Shown piece after piece: positions 1 to 9,474 of a stretch of 64,000 bases of DNA (within the stretch, counting starts at the first letter, position 1; each line of letters starts with the position of its first letter). Both the position numbers and the translations under genes were made by a program. The stretch is from Candidatus Villigracilis vicinus (GTDB lineage Bacteria > Chloroflexota > Anaerolineae > Anaerolineales > Villigracilaceae), in NCBI GenBank assembly GCA_016721315.1, contig JADKIL010000006.1, positions 82,831 through 146,830 of the forward strand, written 5' to 3'. The notes below the pieces were generated by a model. It saw only the letters and a list, made by a program, of their open reading frames with translations, made no database searches and was not told the DNA's origin.

Positions 1-299
1 TGATCGCCGACCCCGCCCGCCGCAAAGAGATCGAGGAGCGCCTCACTGCCAGCGGAAGGACAGTCATCAATCTAAACCGTGAACAGGTAATCGAATACGC
101 TGGGAATGCCTTCGAAATGACAGGCACCAAACACCGTGTACTTGCCATTTCAGAACGCGCAGTAAAAGCGCTGACAAAAGAACAGACCAAGATCATAGAA
201 AAAAGCGCCAAACTACTTCCACTGCACATCCCAACAATTGAGCTTGCAGGAGGCTCTGTCCGCTGCATGATCGCAGGCATCCACTTAACAGCAAGATAA
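1..299 (+). CDS. Amidinotransferase/citrulline-utilisation hydrolase (CtlX-like), 5' truncated
   Basis: Frame open from the window start (IADPARRKEIEE...YAGNAFEM); C-terminal pentein motif IELAGGSVRCMIA with the catalytic Cys. Confidence 0.8.
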   Translation, partial: IADPARRKEIEERLTASGRTVINLNREQVIEYAGNAFEMTGTKHRVLAISERAVKALTKEQTKIIEKSAKLLPLHIPTIELAGGSVRCMIAGIHLTAR

Positions 300-331
300 T
301 CCTCGCAAAAGTCATATCACCAGGTACTTCA

Positions 332-1603
332 TTGAAATTAAAGATCAAAACCCTCTACAGCCAATATCCCCAGCAATACTGGCTGATGATTCTTGGAATT
401 ATCGTCAGCACCGCTGGGGGCGGCATGGTATGGCCTTTTCTGCTCATCTATGCAGGAGGAAAGCTACATCTGCCGCTGAGCGCCGTGGCTTCGCTGATCT
501 CCATCAATGCGGGCGTGGGGTTATTTGCTTCCTTCCTGGCAGGCACCCTGGCAGACCGTATCGGTCGAAAGGCGGTTATGGTCGTAAGCCTTGCCATGAT
601 CGGCATCGCTTATTTTTTTCTGGTAGGTGCCGAAACCTACCTTCAATTTGCATTGATGATGGCGCTGGTGGGTCTCTCCAACCCACTTTATCAAGTAGGT
701 GCCGATGCCATGCTGGCAGATATGATCCCCGCCGAAAACCGCACCGATGCCTACGCCATTAGCCGCATTGCACTCAATGCCGCATTTGGCATTGGACCTG
801 CGATCGGTGGGTTCCTTGCCTCAACCTCGTATAGCCTGGCATTTTATGGAGCGTCGGCAGGGTTCATTATCTACGCGATCATCTGGCTACTTTTTGCACA
901 CGAAACACTGGGAAAAACCCTCAGTGAAGAAAACACATCCGCTTTAGCTGGGCAGGCAGAGGCAGAGAAAGAAGCGCAGCAGTCCAACGGTTATTTGCAT
1001 GTCTTCAAAGATAAGGCATACATGGCATTTGTCGCCTTGATCGCACTGGGTCTCATTGCCCCTTCCATGTTGTGGATCTTGATGCCAGTCTATACAAAGG
1101 TCAATTTCAACGTCCCCGAAGTACTGTATGGCTGGATCCCGACCACGAATGCCGCCATGTGTGTTTTCCTGCAATACGCCGTCACGAACCAAACACGTAA
1201 ATTTAAAACCCTGCCGGTTACCGCAATGGGAATGCTGATGTACGCTCTTGGCACCGGCAGCGTGGCACTAATGACCGGCTTTTCAGGCTTTTGGCTCAGC
1301 ATGGTCATGCTCACTTTTGGCGAGCTGATCGTAATTCCAACTGCAAGTAAATACGTGGCAGATATCGCCCCAGCCAACCTGCGTGGTCGTTACATGTCGC
1401 TATATTGGTTTGGGTGGGGCATTTCACGCACACTTGCCCCTCTCCTTGGCGGCTACCTGAATGACAATATATCCCCGCAAGCAATTTGGATAGGAGGACT
1501 GCTCCTTGGGCTGACCAGCACCGTTGGGCTTGTCTTACTCAACAAACTGACCAACGCCCGCGCCGCGCTTCACACCCAACCCGAGACGTTTACCAACCAT
1601 TGA
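332..1603 (+). CDS. MFS transporter
   Basis: 423 aa, about 12 hydrophobic segments, motif A GTLADRIGRK. Start codon uncertain. Confidence 0.9.
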   Translation: MKLKIKTLYSQYPQQYWLMILGIIVSTAGGGMVWPFLLIYAGGKLHLPLSAVASLISINAGVGLFASFLAGTLADRIGRKAVMVVSLAMIGIAYFFLVGAETYLQFALMMALVGLSNPLYQVGADAMLADMIPAENRTDAYAISRIALNAAFGIGPAIGGFLASTSYSLAFYGASAGFIIYAIIWLLFAHETLGKTLSEENTSALAGQAEAEKEAQQSNGYLHVFKDKAYMAFVALIALGLIAPSMLWILMPVYTKVNFNVPEVLYGWIPTTNAAMCVFLQYAVTNQTRKFKTLPVTAMGMLMYALGTGSVALMTGFSGFWLSMVMLTFGELIVIPTASKYVADIAPANLRGRYMSLYWFGWGISRTLAPLLGGYLNDNISPQAIWIGGLLLGLTSTVGLVLLNKLTNARAALHTQPETFTNH

Positions 1604-1645
1604 GGTTTTCACCCAACTGAATCAGCAGGAACGTCAAAATTCATT

Positions 1646-2248
1646 TTACTTTTCATACGCTGCCAGCATTACTTCCAGGTTATTTTTCACCACACTCCAT
1701 TCTGTATCCAAAATGGAATAGAACACGGAGTGCCGAATGCGTCCATCCGGGAGGATCATATGATTACGCAGCACCCCCTCTTTCACCGCGCCAATGCGCT
1801 CTATCGCTGCTTGTGAACGGACATTAAGAGAATCTGTTTTGATTTGCACCCGAATGCACTTCAAGGTTTCAAAGGCATGCATCAGCAAAAGGTATTTACA
1901 TTCTGTATTCACTGCAGTGCGCTGAAAATCCAATCCGTACCAGGTGCCGCCCACTTCAAGTCCGCGGTCTTTGGGCATGATATTCAAATAACGAGTTGAG
2001 CCCGCCACCCGCCCGGTGGCAAGGTGGATGACCGCAAAAGGCAGGTCGGTTCCATTTTTTTCACGTGAAAGCAGGTCAGTCACAAAATGGTGAAAATCTG
2101 CTTCTGTCTTCATATCACCGTAGAGCATATATTTCCAGAAATCATGTCCTTTGCCGATCTCTGCCAGCCCGGCAACATGCTGGTCGCCCAGCGGCTCCAG
2201 CCGCACATGTTTTCCTTGCAAGGTCACACGCTGGATCCACGCACTCAT
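1646..2248 (-). CDS. GNAT (RimJ/RimL-type) N-acetyltransferase
   Basis: LEVGGTW...QRTAVN...N.RS..AIERIGA.KEG.LR pattern; ATG at 2248 overlaps the murE stop (ATGA). Confidence 0.85.
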   Translation of the reverse strand: MSAWIQRVTLQGKHVRLEPLGDQHVAGLAEIGKGHDFWKYMLYGDMKTEADFHHFVTDLLSREKNGTDLPFAVIHLATGRVAGSTRYLNIMPKDRGLEVGGTWYGLDFQRTAVNTECKYLLLMHAFETLKCIRVQIKTDSLNVRSQAAIERIGAVKEGVLRNHMILPDGRIRHSVFYSILDTEWSVVKNNLEVMLAAYEK

Positions 2249-3816
2249 CCTTTTAGCCACTCCGCTTCGTTTTTATCTTGAGACGGCAAATAAGGCATTA
2301 CAGGTCCATCCACACCAAGGAATTCCGCCAGCGCCGCACGCATTGCGGTTCGGTCATCCCAAAGGAATTCCGTCTTCCCAAAACACATCGATTGTTCATG
2401 CCCTTTTCCGCAGGACAGCACAATATCGCCTTCCTCAGCCAGACGTAATGCAAATTTAATGGCTTCTCCGCGGTCAGGTACGCGCCAAAAATTCTCTCCT
2501 TCTCGTCCCCCCTTAGCCCGCATACCCTCCGCCATTTCTTCAAGGATTCCGTCCAATGATTCGACGCGCGGATCCTCAGCGGTCAGCACGGTTAGATCCG
2601 CCAGTTCAGCAGAGGTTTCCGCCATCATACGGCGTTTTTCCTTGTCTCGTAAACCAGCAGAGCCAAAAACGGCTATGACACGCTTATTCGTCATTGTCCT
2701 GCCAGCCTCCAGGGCAACTTTTAAAGCATTCGGCGTATGCGCAAAATCCACGATCGCGGTGAAATTTTGCCCCATATCAATGCGCTCCATACGACCGGGA
2801 ATACCTGCTAATGCCGCAATCCCCTGCGCCGCCACTTGCGGATCAATACCCAATCCACGCACCGCAACAGTCAGCGCGGCGAGGCAATTCGAAACATTAT
2901 AAGCACCAACCAAATCACTCTTTATGGCTACGCGAAAATCTTTTGCGACGGCAGTAAATCGGATACCTTCCGGGCTGTAGTCCACGTTCATGCCACGAAC
3001 ATCTGCCCCCTCTTCCAAGCCATAGCTGACTTTGTTAGTCTTTATAAAGCCAGTTAAAAAGTTGTATGACTTCTTATCGTCAAAATTGATCACACCCAAA
3101 CGCGGGTTTCCCGTAGGCTTTACTTGTGTCCACTCAAGACTGCTAAACAATCTTGCTTTGGCTGCGCGATAATTCTCGTATCCGCCGTGTTCATCCATAT
3201 GTTCATGCGTGATGTTCGTCACTGCAGCAATATCAAATTCGCAAGCATCCACGCGGTGTTGCGACCACCCATGCGATGTGGTCTCCAACACCACGTGGGT
3301 CAAGCCTGCCTCCACCATCCTCGCGAGATAGCGCTGAACGTCATGGGCGTCTGGTGTAGTAACGTGAAACCCGGTATCGAGAACTTCATTGCCGATCACA
3401 GCATTCACGGTGGAGATCATGCCTGCTTTGAGTCCAGCCGCAATGAGGATTTTGTACAACAAGTTGCTTGTCGTTGTTTTGCCATCGGTGCCAGTTACGC
3501 CGATGACAGTCAGCTTACGGGCAGGAAAGCCATGAAATGCCGCAGCAAGCCAGGTCAAAGAATGACGCGCATCTTCAAGCTGAACATATGGGGCGACAAT
3601 CCCGCTTATGTCCTTGTCTCCTATAACCGCCACCGCGCCATTATCGATCGCTTTGGAGATATAGTTATGCCCATCTGCGTCCCGTCCGCGCATGGCTACG
3701 AAAAGGTCGCCGGGTTTAACTGTGCGGCTATCTATGGTAATTCCGGAAATTTCAACATCGGGAATGCTTGGCGGGTACGAAAAGGGAAAATCAATGAACA
3801 AGTTTTTTAGAAGCAT
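2245..3816 (-). CDS. murE: UDP-N-acetylmuramoyl-dipeptide ligase MurE
   Basis: GVTGTDGKTTT P-loop, TTPDA, ETTSHG, DFAHTP, GKGHE motifs. Confidence 0.92.
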   Translation of the reverse strand: MLLKNLFIDFPFSYPPSIPDVEISGITIDSRTVKPGDLFVAMRGRDADGHNYISKAIDNGAVAVIGDKDISGIVAPYVQLEDARHSLTWLAAAFHGFPARKLTVIGVTGTDGKTTTSNLLYKILIAAGLKAGMISTVNAVIGNEVLDTGFHVTTPDAHDVQRYLARMVEAGLTHVVLETTSHGWSQHRVDACEFDIAAVTNITHEHMDEHGGYENYRAAKARLFSSLEWTQVKPTGNPRLGVINFDDKKSYNFLTGFIKTNKVSYGLEEGADVRGMNVDYSPEGIRFTAVAKDFRVAIKSDLVGAYNVSNCLAALTVAVRGLGIDPQVAAQGIAALAGIPGRMERIDMGQNFTAIVDFAHTPNALKVALEAGRTMTNKRVIAVFGSAGLRDKEKRRMMAETSAELADLTVLTAEDPRVESLDGILEEMAEGMRAKGGREGENFWRVPDRGEAIKFALRLAEEGDIVLSCGKGHEQSMCFGKTEFLWDDRTAMRAALAEFLGVDGPVMPYLPSQDKNEAEWLKG

Positions 3817-3852
3817 TTATATCCGTTTATCTCCATTCAGGCTGGATTAAAC

Positions 3853-3886
3853 AAAAAAGGCTTTGGTAATTTTACCAAAGCCTTTT
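3853..3886 (-). terminator. Intrinsic terminator after atpF
   Basis: AAAAGGCTTTGGTAA / TTACCAAAGCCTTTT inverted repeat with a T-tract on the minus strand. Confidence 0.8.
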
Positions 3887-3903
3887 CCACGTTCGTTCAA
3901 GCC

Positions 3904-4623
3904 TTACTTGAGCGCAGAGCGCAATCCTTCGAGTTTTCCGGCAACGGAGGCGTCAAGCACCTTTTCGTCCACCTTGATGACCAATCCACCGAGGATGGAG
4001 GGGTCAACTTTGAAGGAATAATCCTTCGCAGAAACGCTCTTCTTGACAGCAGCCTGCTCATCGCTTGTAAGCGGGAGTGCGCTGGTGACGACGGCGGCAT
4101 CGCCCTTAAGGTCTTCGCCAACCACAACCACCTTGCCAGACTTCACGCCGGAGAAGAATTCATCGAGCAATGCGCGCTGTTTCTTCTCATCAAGTGCGTC
4201 GCCAACAAGTTTATTGGCAGCAGCAATGGCGAGGGCGGCAACCTGTCCGCGCAGGTCGCCGAGAATGCGACCACGTTCGAGTTCAGCTTCCGCCATGGCG
4301 GCTTCACGAGCCTTGGTTGATTCCGCTTCGGCAGAGGCACGCACATCCTTGGAGGCAACTTCAGCGCGTTCGGTGGCTTCGCGAACGACCTTGCTGGCTT
4401 CCGCCTGAGCATCCGCGATGATCTTGGCAGCGTCTTTTTCTGCATTGGCGCGGGCTTCAGCTGCAACACGGGCGTCTTCCAAACCCTGACCAATCTTCTT
4501 CTTGCGGGTCTCCATCATATCCAGCATGGGCTTGTAAACCCAGGCGTTCAATGTGAGAAACACAATGGTAAACGCGATGAGCTGAATAATGAGTAGACCG
4601 AGATTAATACCTAAAGCTTCCAT
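3904..4623 (-). CDS. atpF: F0 subunit b with a C-terminal delta/OSCP-like domain
   Basis: N-terminal TM helix, Ala/Glu/Lys coiled coil, then VVTSALPL...VDPSILGGLVIKVDEKVLDASV typical of the delta C-terminus. Confidence 0.9.
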   Translation of the reverse strand: MEALGINLGLLIIQLIAFTIVFLTLNAWVYKPMLDMMETRKKKIGQGLEDARVAAEARANAEKDAAKIIADAQAEASKVVREATERAEVASKDVRASAEAESTKAREAAMAEAELERGRILGDLRGQVAALAIAAANKLVGDALDEKKQRALLDEFFSGVKSGKVVVVGEDLKGDAAVVTSALPLTSDEQAAVKKSVSAKDYSFKVDPSILGGLVIKVDEKVLDASVAGKLEGLRSALK

Positions 4624-4641
4624 GTTTCAATGCTCCTTGGG

Positions 4642-4884
4642 TTACACGACTTTGAAGAGCATCAGGAACGCGATGACCAGACAGTAAATAGCGATGGATT
4701 CGGAGAACGCCACGCCGAGGATCATGTTGGTCAACAAGTTACCGTAGGTGTCGGGGTTGCGAGCCATGCCGCCGAGGGCGCCCTGCACGCTCAAACCGAT
4801 ACCCACACCAGCGCCTGCAGCACCGATCATCGCCAGACCTGCGCCGACGAAGCGCATCGCATCTAAAAGAAATTGTCCATCCAT
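4642..4884 (-). CDS. atpE: F0 subunit c
   Basis: 80 aa, GAGVGIG glycine motif, ARNP loop, conserved Glu in FSESIAIY. Confidence 0.95.
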   Translation of the reverse strand: MDGQFLLDAMRFVGAGLAMIGAAGAGVGIGLSVQGALGGMARNPDTYGNLLTNMILGVAFSESIAIYCLVIAFLMLFKVV

Positions 4885-4936
4885 GTTTCAAGTCTCCTTG
4901 GTTTAACCTAGTGATTTATGAATTAGTTTACAAAAA

Positions 4937-5923
4937 TTAGTGTTCTGCGTGCTCTTCGTCACCATGACCCTGCGTCGCCATTGCCATGAACACCATGGTC
5001 AACATGCCGAACACGAAAGCCTGGATCAAGCCCACGAACAATTCGAACATCATGATCATCGCCGAAAGGATGCTGACGTTGCCGAGCAGCGAAGCGACCA
5101 CCGCCACCAAAACCACGCCTGCGAACATGTTACCAAAAAGACGGAAGGTGAAGGAGAGGATCTTCGCAAATTCAGAAATGATTTCCAGCAAACCAACCAG
5201 AAAGTCCATCGCACCGAAGAACGGAACCTTGAACATGCGCTTGGTATTGAAGAACTTGCTGAAATAACCCATGCCCTGCGAGCGGACACCAATGACCTGG
5301 ATCATCACAAAGGAGATCACAGCCAAGGTAAGGGTGAAGTTAAGGTCAACAGAAATACCGCGGAAGAACGGAGCAAGAATGTACTCACCCTCGCCGGGAA
5401 GAATTCTCGCCCAACTACCGCTCATTTCGGCAATGGCATGACCTTCACCATGAGCGTGGTGAATAACACCGACCGACTCAAAGCCAGGGACCAGCTTAAG
5501 CAGATTCGCGAATAAGACATAGATCATAATAGTCGCAAACCAGGGGAAGATCGCCTTTGCCCACTTCGCGCCCGCCGAGCTTTCGGTCAGGTCATAGAGC
5601 ATTTCAAGAATGGCTTCCATCGCATTGCCAATGCCGCTCGGAACCAAATCCGATTTCTGGCTTTTGACAAGAGAGCGATTGGTAGCGAACGCGATCACCA
5701 CAAGCAGGACAATCGTCACAGCCAGAGTGGGAAGCGTGTTGACAAGATACAACGGTCCCGCAAAACCGAGAAAATTCTCAGTCAGCGGTTCCTCGATCAA
5801 TTTTTCGGCAGCAACTGTGATTTCAGGTCGAACCGGAGCATACATGCCCGCGAGGATCCAACCTACGATCATCAAAACCAGAACAATCCAGCGCCGCCAG
5901 GGGGTACGTTTTTGGGTTTCCAA
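4937..5923 (-). CDS. atpB: F0 subunit a
   Basis: SFTFRLFGNMFAG and IQAFVF motifs; TTG start at 5923 follows a GGAGG Shine-Dalgarno. Confidence 0.93.
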   Translation of the reverse strand: METQKRTPWRRWIVLVLMIVGWILAGMYAPVRPEITVAAEKLIEEPLTENFLGFAGPLYLVNTLPTLAVTIVLLVVIAFATNRSLVKSQKSDLVPSGIGNAMEAILEMLYDLTESSAGAKWAKAIFPWFATIMIYVLFANLLKLVPGFESVGVIHHAHGEGHAIAEMSGSWARILPGEGEYILAPFFRGISVDLNFTLTLAVISFVMIQVIGVRSQGMGYFSKFFNTKRMFKVPFFGAMDFLVGLLEIISEFAKILSFTFRLFGNMFAGVVLVAVVASLLGNVSILSAMIMMFELFVGLIQAFVFGMLTMVFMAMATQGHGDEEHAEH

Positions 5924-5933
5924 GCCCCGCCTC

Positions 5934-6215
5934 CTAAGCAGAAATTTTTTTCTTTTCGGCTTCATATTGCTCTGAAAGCCGCGCCAATGTCTTGCGCGAA
6001 GCAAACAGCATCAAAAACACCGAAAGAGGAATGCCAGCGAACAACAGAACCAACGTGATCACCGGCTTCGTTCCAAAATAATTATCAAGCCAGACACCAC
6101 CCATCACCGAAGCGAGTACAACCGCAAGGGTAATGCAGCCTACCTGCCCAACCACAACGATCAGCAGGGTTTGCACCATATTTTTACGCTTCTGTTCCAG
6201 GTCCGTTTGTGTCAT
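5934..6215 (-). CDS. AtpZ/AtpI-family protein
   Basis: 93 aa, two TM helices, GVWLDNYFGTKP motif, first gene of the atp operon. Confidence 0.85.
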   Translation of the reverse strand: MTQTDLEQKRKNMVQTLLIVVVGQVGCITLAVVLASVMGGVWLDNYFGTKPVITLVLLFAGIPLSVFLMLFASRKTLARLSEQYEAEKKKISA

Positions 6216-6224
6216 AGCGCACGA

Positions 6225-6253
6225 ATTATAACTGACAGGTCTAAGAGCGTCAA
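6225..6253 (-). promoter_or_regulatory. Sigma70-type promoter of the atp F0 operon
   Basis: TTGACG-17 nt-TATAAT, ending 9 nt before the ATG. Confidence 0.8.
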
Positions 6254-6407
6254 ACGCAAATAAGAAACCCCTCTTGACGGGATTTCCCGCGGTCTTCTTT
6301 TCTGCGCTGCGGGCATTTCACCGCCTGCAAGCCCACCCCACCTCGCAGAAACGCCTATTTCCTGTCCTAACCTTACACTACTTCCAAAATTCCTTCGCCA
6401 TACTGAC

Positions 6408-6442
6408 AAAAGCAACAGCCACCTTGGGTGGCTGTTGCTTTT
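6408..6442 (-). terminator. Terminator after nuoN
   Basis: 16-bp inverted repeat AAAAGCAACAGCCACC / GGTGGCTGTTGCTTTT. Confidence 0.8.
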
Positions 6443-6446
6443 ATTT

Positions 6447-7895
6447 CTAGAACAAACTCAAAGCACTTACATCTGACCAATTAAAGAATGGAGCGAAGAC
6501 AGTGCCCAACAAGATCACACCCAAAACCAGAACGACCAAAGCGATCGTATAAGGCTGGGATAATGGAATTGGATGCTGATCCTCGTCCTGATCGGGCATA
6601 CGATACAAGTAGACGAATTTCAACACGTTCAAATAGTAATATACGCCGATGATCGAGTTGATGATGCCCACGATGACCAACCAGGTGTAATTCGCCTGAA
6701 CACCCGCAGCAAAGACAAATACTTTTGCAACGAAACCACCGAAGGGCGGCATACCCGTCAGCGATAGAAATGCTGCCAACATCATCAAACCAAGCAAAGG
6801 ATTTCTGCGGCTAAGACCTGCATAGTCCGTGATCTCTTCCAGACCGGTTACATGACTGAACGCCATCACAATCCCGAAGGCTAGCAGGTTTGTAGCGATA
6901 TACGCCGCAAGATAGAAGATGACACTTGCCGCGCCAAACTGACTGAACGCGACTGCGCCGATCATGGCATACCCTGCATGTGAAATAGAAGAATACGCCA
7001 GCAAGCGTTTAATATTTGTTTGAGGCAAAGCCAGCAGATTGCCCACTGTCATGGAAACCGCCGCCAACACTGCGAAGACCATCGTCCATACACCGGAAAA
7101 TTCAGGGAAAGCAACAAAAAACAAGCGCAGAATGACCGCAAAGCCAGCCGCTTTGGATGCCGTGGAAAGATATCCTGCCACTGGGGTCGGCGCACCTTGA
7201 TACACATCTGGAGCCCAGAAGTGAAATGGAACGATCGAGACCTTGAAGCCCAAACCTACCACCACCAAAGTCACTACACCGAACGCCAGCATCGGAGAAA
7301 TATTACCGGAGGTCAATGCAGCAGCAATGGCATATAGGTCAGTTGTTCCAGAAAAGCCGAAAAGCAGGCTGAAACCGTACAGCATAATAGTAGAAGCCAT
7401 CGCGCCGAACAGGAAGTACTTGAAGCCTGCTTCGGTGGAGCGCTCATCGCCCAGTAAAAAGCCAGAGAGAACATAAAGCGGAATAGACGCCGTCTCGATC
7501 GAGAGATACAGCATGACCAAGTCCGCAGAGGCTGCCATCAAATTCATGCCGATGAGTGAAGCAAGCAGCATCAGATAAGCTTCACCGCGTTTACCAGCCT
7601 GCTCGTGATCCATCATAAGCAATGCAGTGGCAGCCGCCGCGAACATGAAAAGCATCTTGAGGAAGAAACCCATCAAGTCAAAGCGGATCATACCGCCCAA
7701 AACCGCCACAGGTTCGCCTGGGCGACCGAAAAGCAGGCTGACGATCATGGCGACGAACAATCCGCCCGCCGTTAGCCAACCGGCATTTCGCTTTTGCTCG
7801 TCTTTCCAGAACGGCTCAACAATGAGGAGCAAAAGCCCAAGGACAAGGATCAAGATTTCGGGAAGAATAGAGGCGAAGATGGTTGAGGTAAACAT
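6447..7895 (-). CDS. nuoN: Complex I subunit N
   Basis: EAGFKYF, GFKVSIVPFHFWAPDVYQGAP, KRLLAYSSISHAGY. Confidence 0.95.
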   Translation of the reverse strand: MFTSTIFASILPEILILVLGLLLLIVEPFWKDEQKRNAGWLTAGGLFVAMIVSLLFGRPGEPVAVLGGMIRFDLMGFFLKMLFMFAAAATALLMMDHEQAGKRGEAYLMLLASLIGMNLMAASADLVMLYLSIETASIPLYVLSGFLLGDERSTEAGFKYFLFGAMASTIMLYGFSLLFGFSGTTDLYAIAAALTSGNISPMLAFGVVTLVVVGLGFKVSIVPFHFWAPDVYQGAPTPVAGYLSTASKAAGFAVILRLFFVAFPEFSGVWTMVFAVLAAVSMTVGNLLALPQTNIKRLLAYSSISHAGYAMIGAVAFSQFGAASVIFYLAAYIATNLLAFGIVMAFSHVTGLEEITDYAGLSRRNPLLGLMMLAAFLSLTGMPPFGGFVAKVFVFAAGVQANYTWLVIVGIINSIIGVYYYLNVLKFVYLYRMPDQDEDQHPIPLSQPYTIALVVLVLGVILLGTVFAPFFNWSDVSALSLF

Positions 7896-9415
7896 TATGC
7901 ACCTCCCAACAAGGTCATGATGTGTTTGACGCCTGTCTCAACCATGGGCACCATTACGGATGGGAAGATGCCGATGACAATCATCAAAAACGAAAGTGTA
8001 ACAATGGCGATCTTGTCCAGCACGGTCACATCACCAATATGCCCTTCCAATTTCTCAGGGAGTGGAGCGAAAAAGACCTTGCGGATATTGATCATAATGT
8101 AAGCAGCGGTGATGATAATGGAGATGGAGCAGATGACTGCCACCAGCCATTGTTCTTCCCATACCCCCATGAAGATGGGGAATTCTGCGACAAAACCAGA
8201 GAAGCCTGGCATACCCATGGAAACCAGACCGCCAATGATGAAGCCAATCGCAGCGAATGGCATGATCTTTGCGATCCCGCCTAGTTCCGGGATCATACGG
8301 GTGTGTGCCCGATCATAGATCATACCGGTAACGGCGAAGAAGAGAGCTGTCATGATGCCATGCGAAACCATTTGTACGCCTGCGCCCAAAAGTCCGGTCT
8401 CATTGAGCGTAGAGACGCCCAATACCACCAACCCCATGTGCGAAACGGAAGAGAAACCGATCATGTATTTAAGGTCGGTTTGAACAAAGGCGATGAAGGC
8501 ACCATAGACGACTGCAACACCTGCAAAAAGCATGATGAGCCATGACCAATGTTTTGCACCTTCTGGCAGCAACATGACTCCCACACGCAAAGCAGCAAAA
8601 GCGCCCAGCTTCATCAACACGCCTGCATGGAACATGGAAACAGCGGTCGGCGCAGCAACGTGACCATCTGGCGACCAGTTGTGGAAGGGCCAGATGCCGC
8701 CAAGCACCGCAAACCCAAGGAAAACTGGTAAAAACCATAAATTTTGGAAGGCTGCGGAGAAGCCAGCATTTTCCATTTCAAGCATGTCAAAGGAAAGTAC
8801 ACCTGTATTCTGATACTGGGTCCAGTACATGGCAAGTGTTCCAACGAGAGCAACCACGGAACCAATGAACAGGTACAAGGTCAGCTTCATCGCCGCATAC
8901 TCACGTGTCTTAACCCAACCCCAAATGGCGATGAGTAAGTACATCGGGAACACAGCGATCTCATAGAAGAAGAAAAGCATGAACAGGTCAAGCGAAACGA
9001 ATACGCCGAATACGCCGCCTGCCAACAAGAAAAGGAAGGCGAAGAATTCACGCGGGCGATCTTGAATGCCTGCCATGACATGCGGATCGTCATTGCCCCA
9101 GGAGATCAAAACACCTGTAAACATGACGATGCCAGTCAAAAGGACCAGGGGAGCGCTCATGCCATCCACACCGAAGTGCAGAGCGATGTTGAGCGGCGGG
9201 ATGTTGATCCACTGATATTTCTCGATAAATTGATACCCCTGCATATCGTTTAGCAGGTATTGCAGGTAGACCCAGCCGGAAAGCAGCAAGTCCATCACCG
9301 CCGCCGCCAAAGCTACTGCGCGGACTTCATTCTTCCGATTCGCGGGCATCATCAAAATAAGCATACCGGCAACAAACGGAAGGAAGGTTATTACGCTCAG
9401 AATTGGAAAATTCAT
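7895..9415 (-). CDS. nuoM: Complex I subunit M (second, divergent copy)
   Basis: FFFYEIA, PFHNWSPDGHVAAP, LMKLG, GFVAEF; ATG at 9415 follows GAGGTG. Confidence 0.9.
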   Translation of the reverse strand: MNFPILSVITFLPFVAGMLILMMPANRKNEVRAVALAAAVMDLLLSGWVYLQYLLNDMQGYQFIEKYQWINIPPLNIALHFGVDGMSAPLVLLTGIVMFTGVLISWGNDDPHVMAGIQDRPREFFAFLFLLAGGVFGVFVSLDLFMLFFFYEIAVFPMYLLIAIWGWVKTREYAAMKLTLYLFIGSVVALVGTLAMYWTQYQNTGVLSFDMLEMENAGFSAAFQNLWFLPVFLGFAVLGGIWPFHNWSPDGHVAAPTAVSMFHAGVLMKLGAFAALRVGVMLLPEGAKHWSWLIMLFAGVAVVYGAFIAFVQTDLKYMIGFSSVSHMGLVVLGVSTLNETGLLGAGVQMVSHGIMTALFFAVTGMIYDRAHTRMIPELGGIAKIMPFAAIGFIIGGLVSMGMPGFSGFVAEFPIFMGVWEEQWLVAVICSISIIITAAYIMINIRKVFFAPLPEKLEGHIGDVTVLDKIAIVTLSFLMIVIGIFPSVMVPMVETGVKHIMTLLGGA

Positions 9416-9423
9416 AGTCACCT

Positions 9424-9474
9424 CGTATTGCGTAATGCGTAACTCGTGATTTACGCATTACGTATTACGCATTA
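9424..9474. repeat. Inverted array of 7-bp repeats
   Basis: CGTATTG CGTAATG CGTAA ... TTACGCA TTACGTA TTACGCA TTA between the two nuoM genes. Confidence 0.75.

Noticed and set aside
5924-6004. Longer atpB N-terminus given in the ORF track
   Set aside because: It overlaps atpZ; the GGAGG Shine-Dalgarno supports TTG at 5923.
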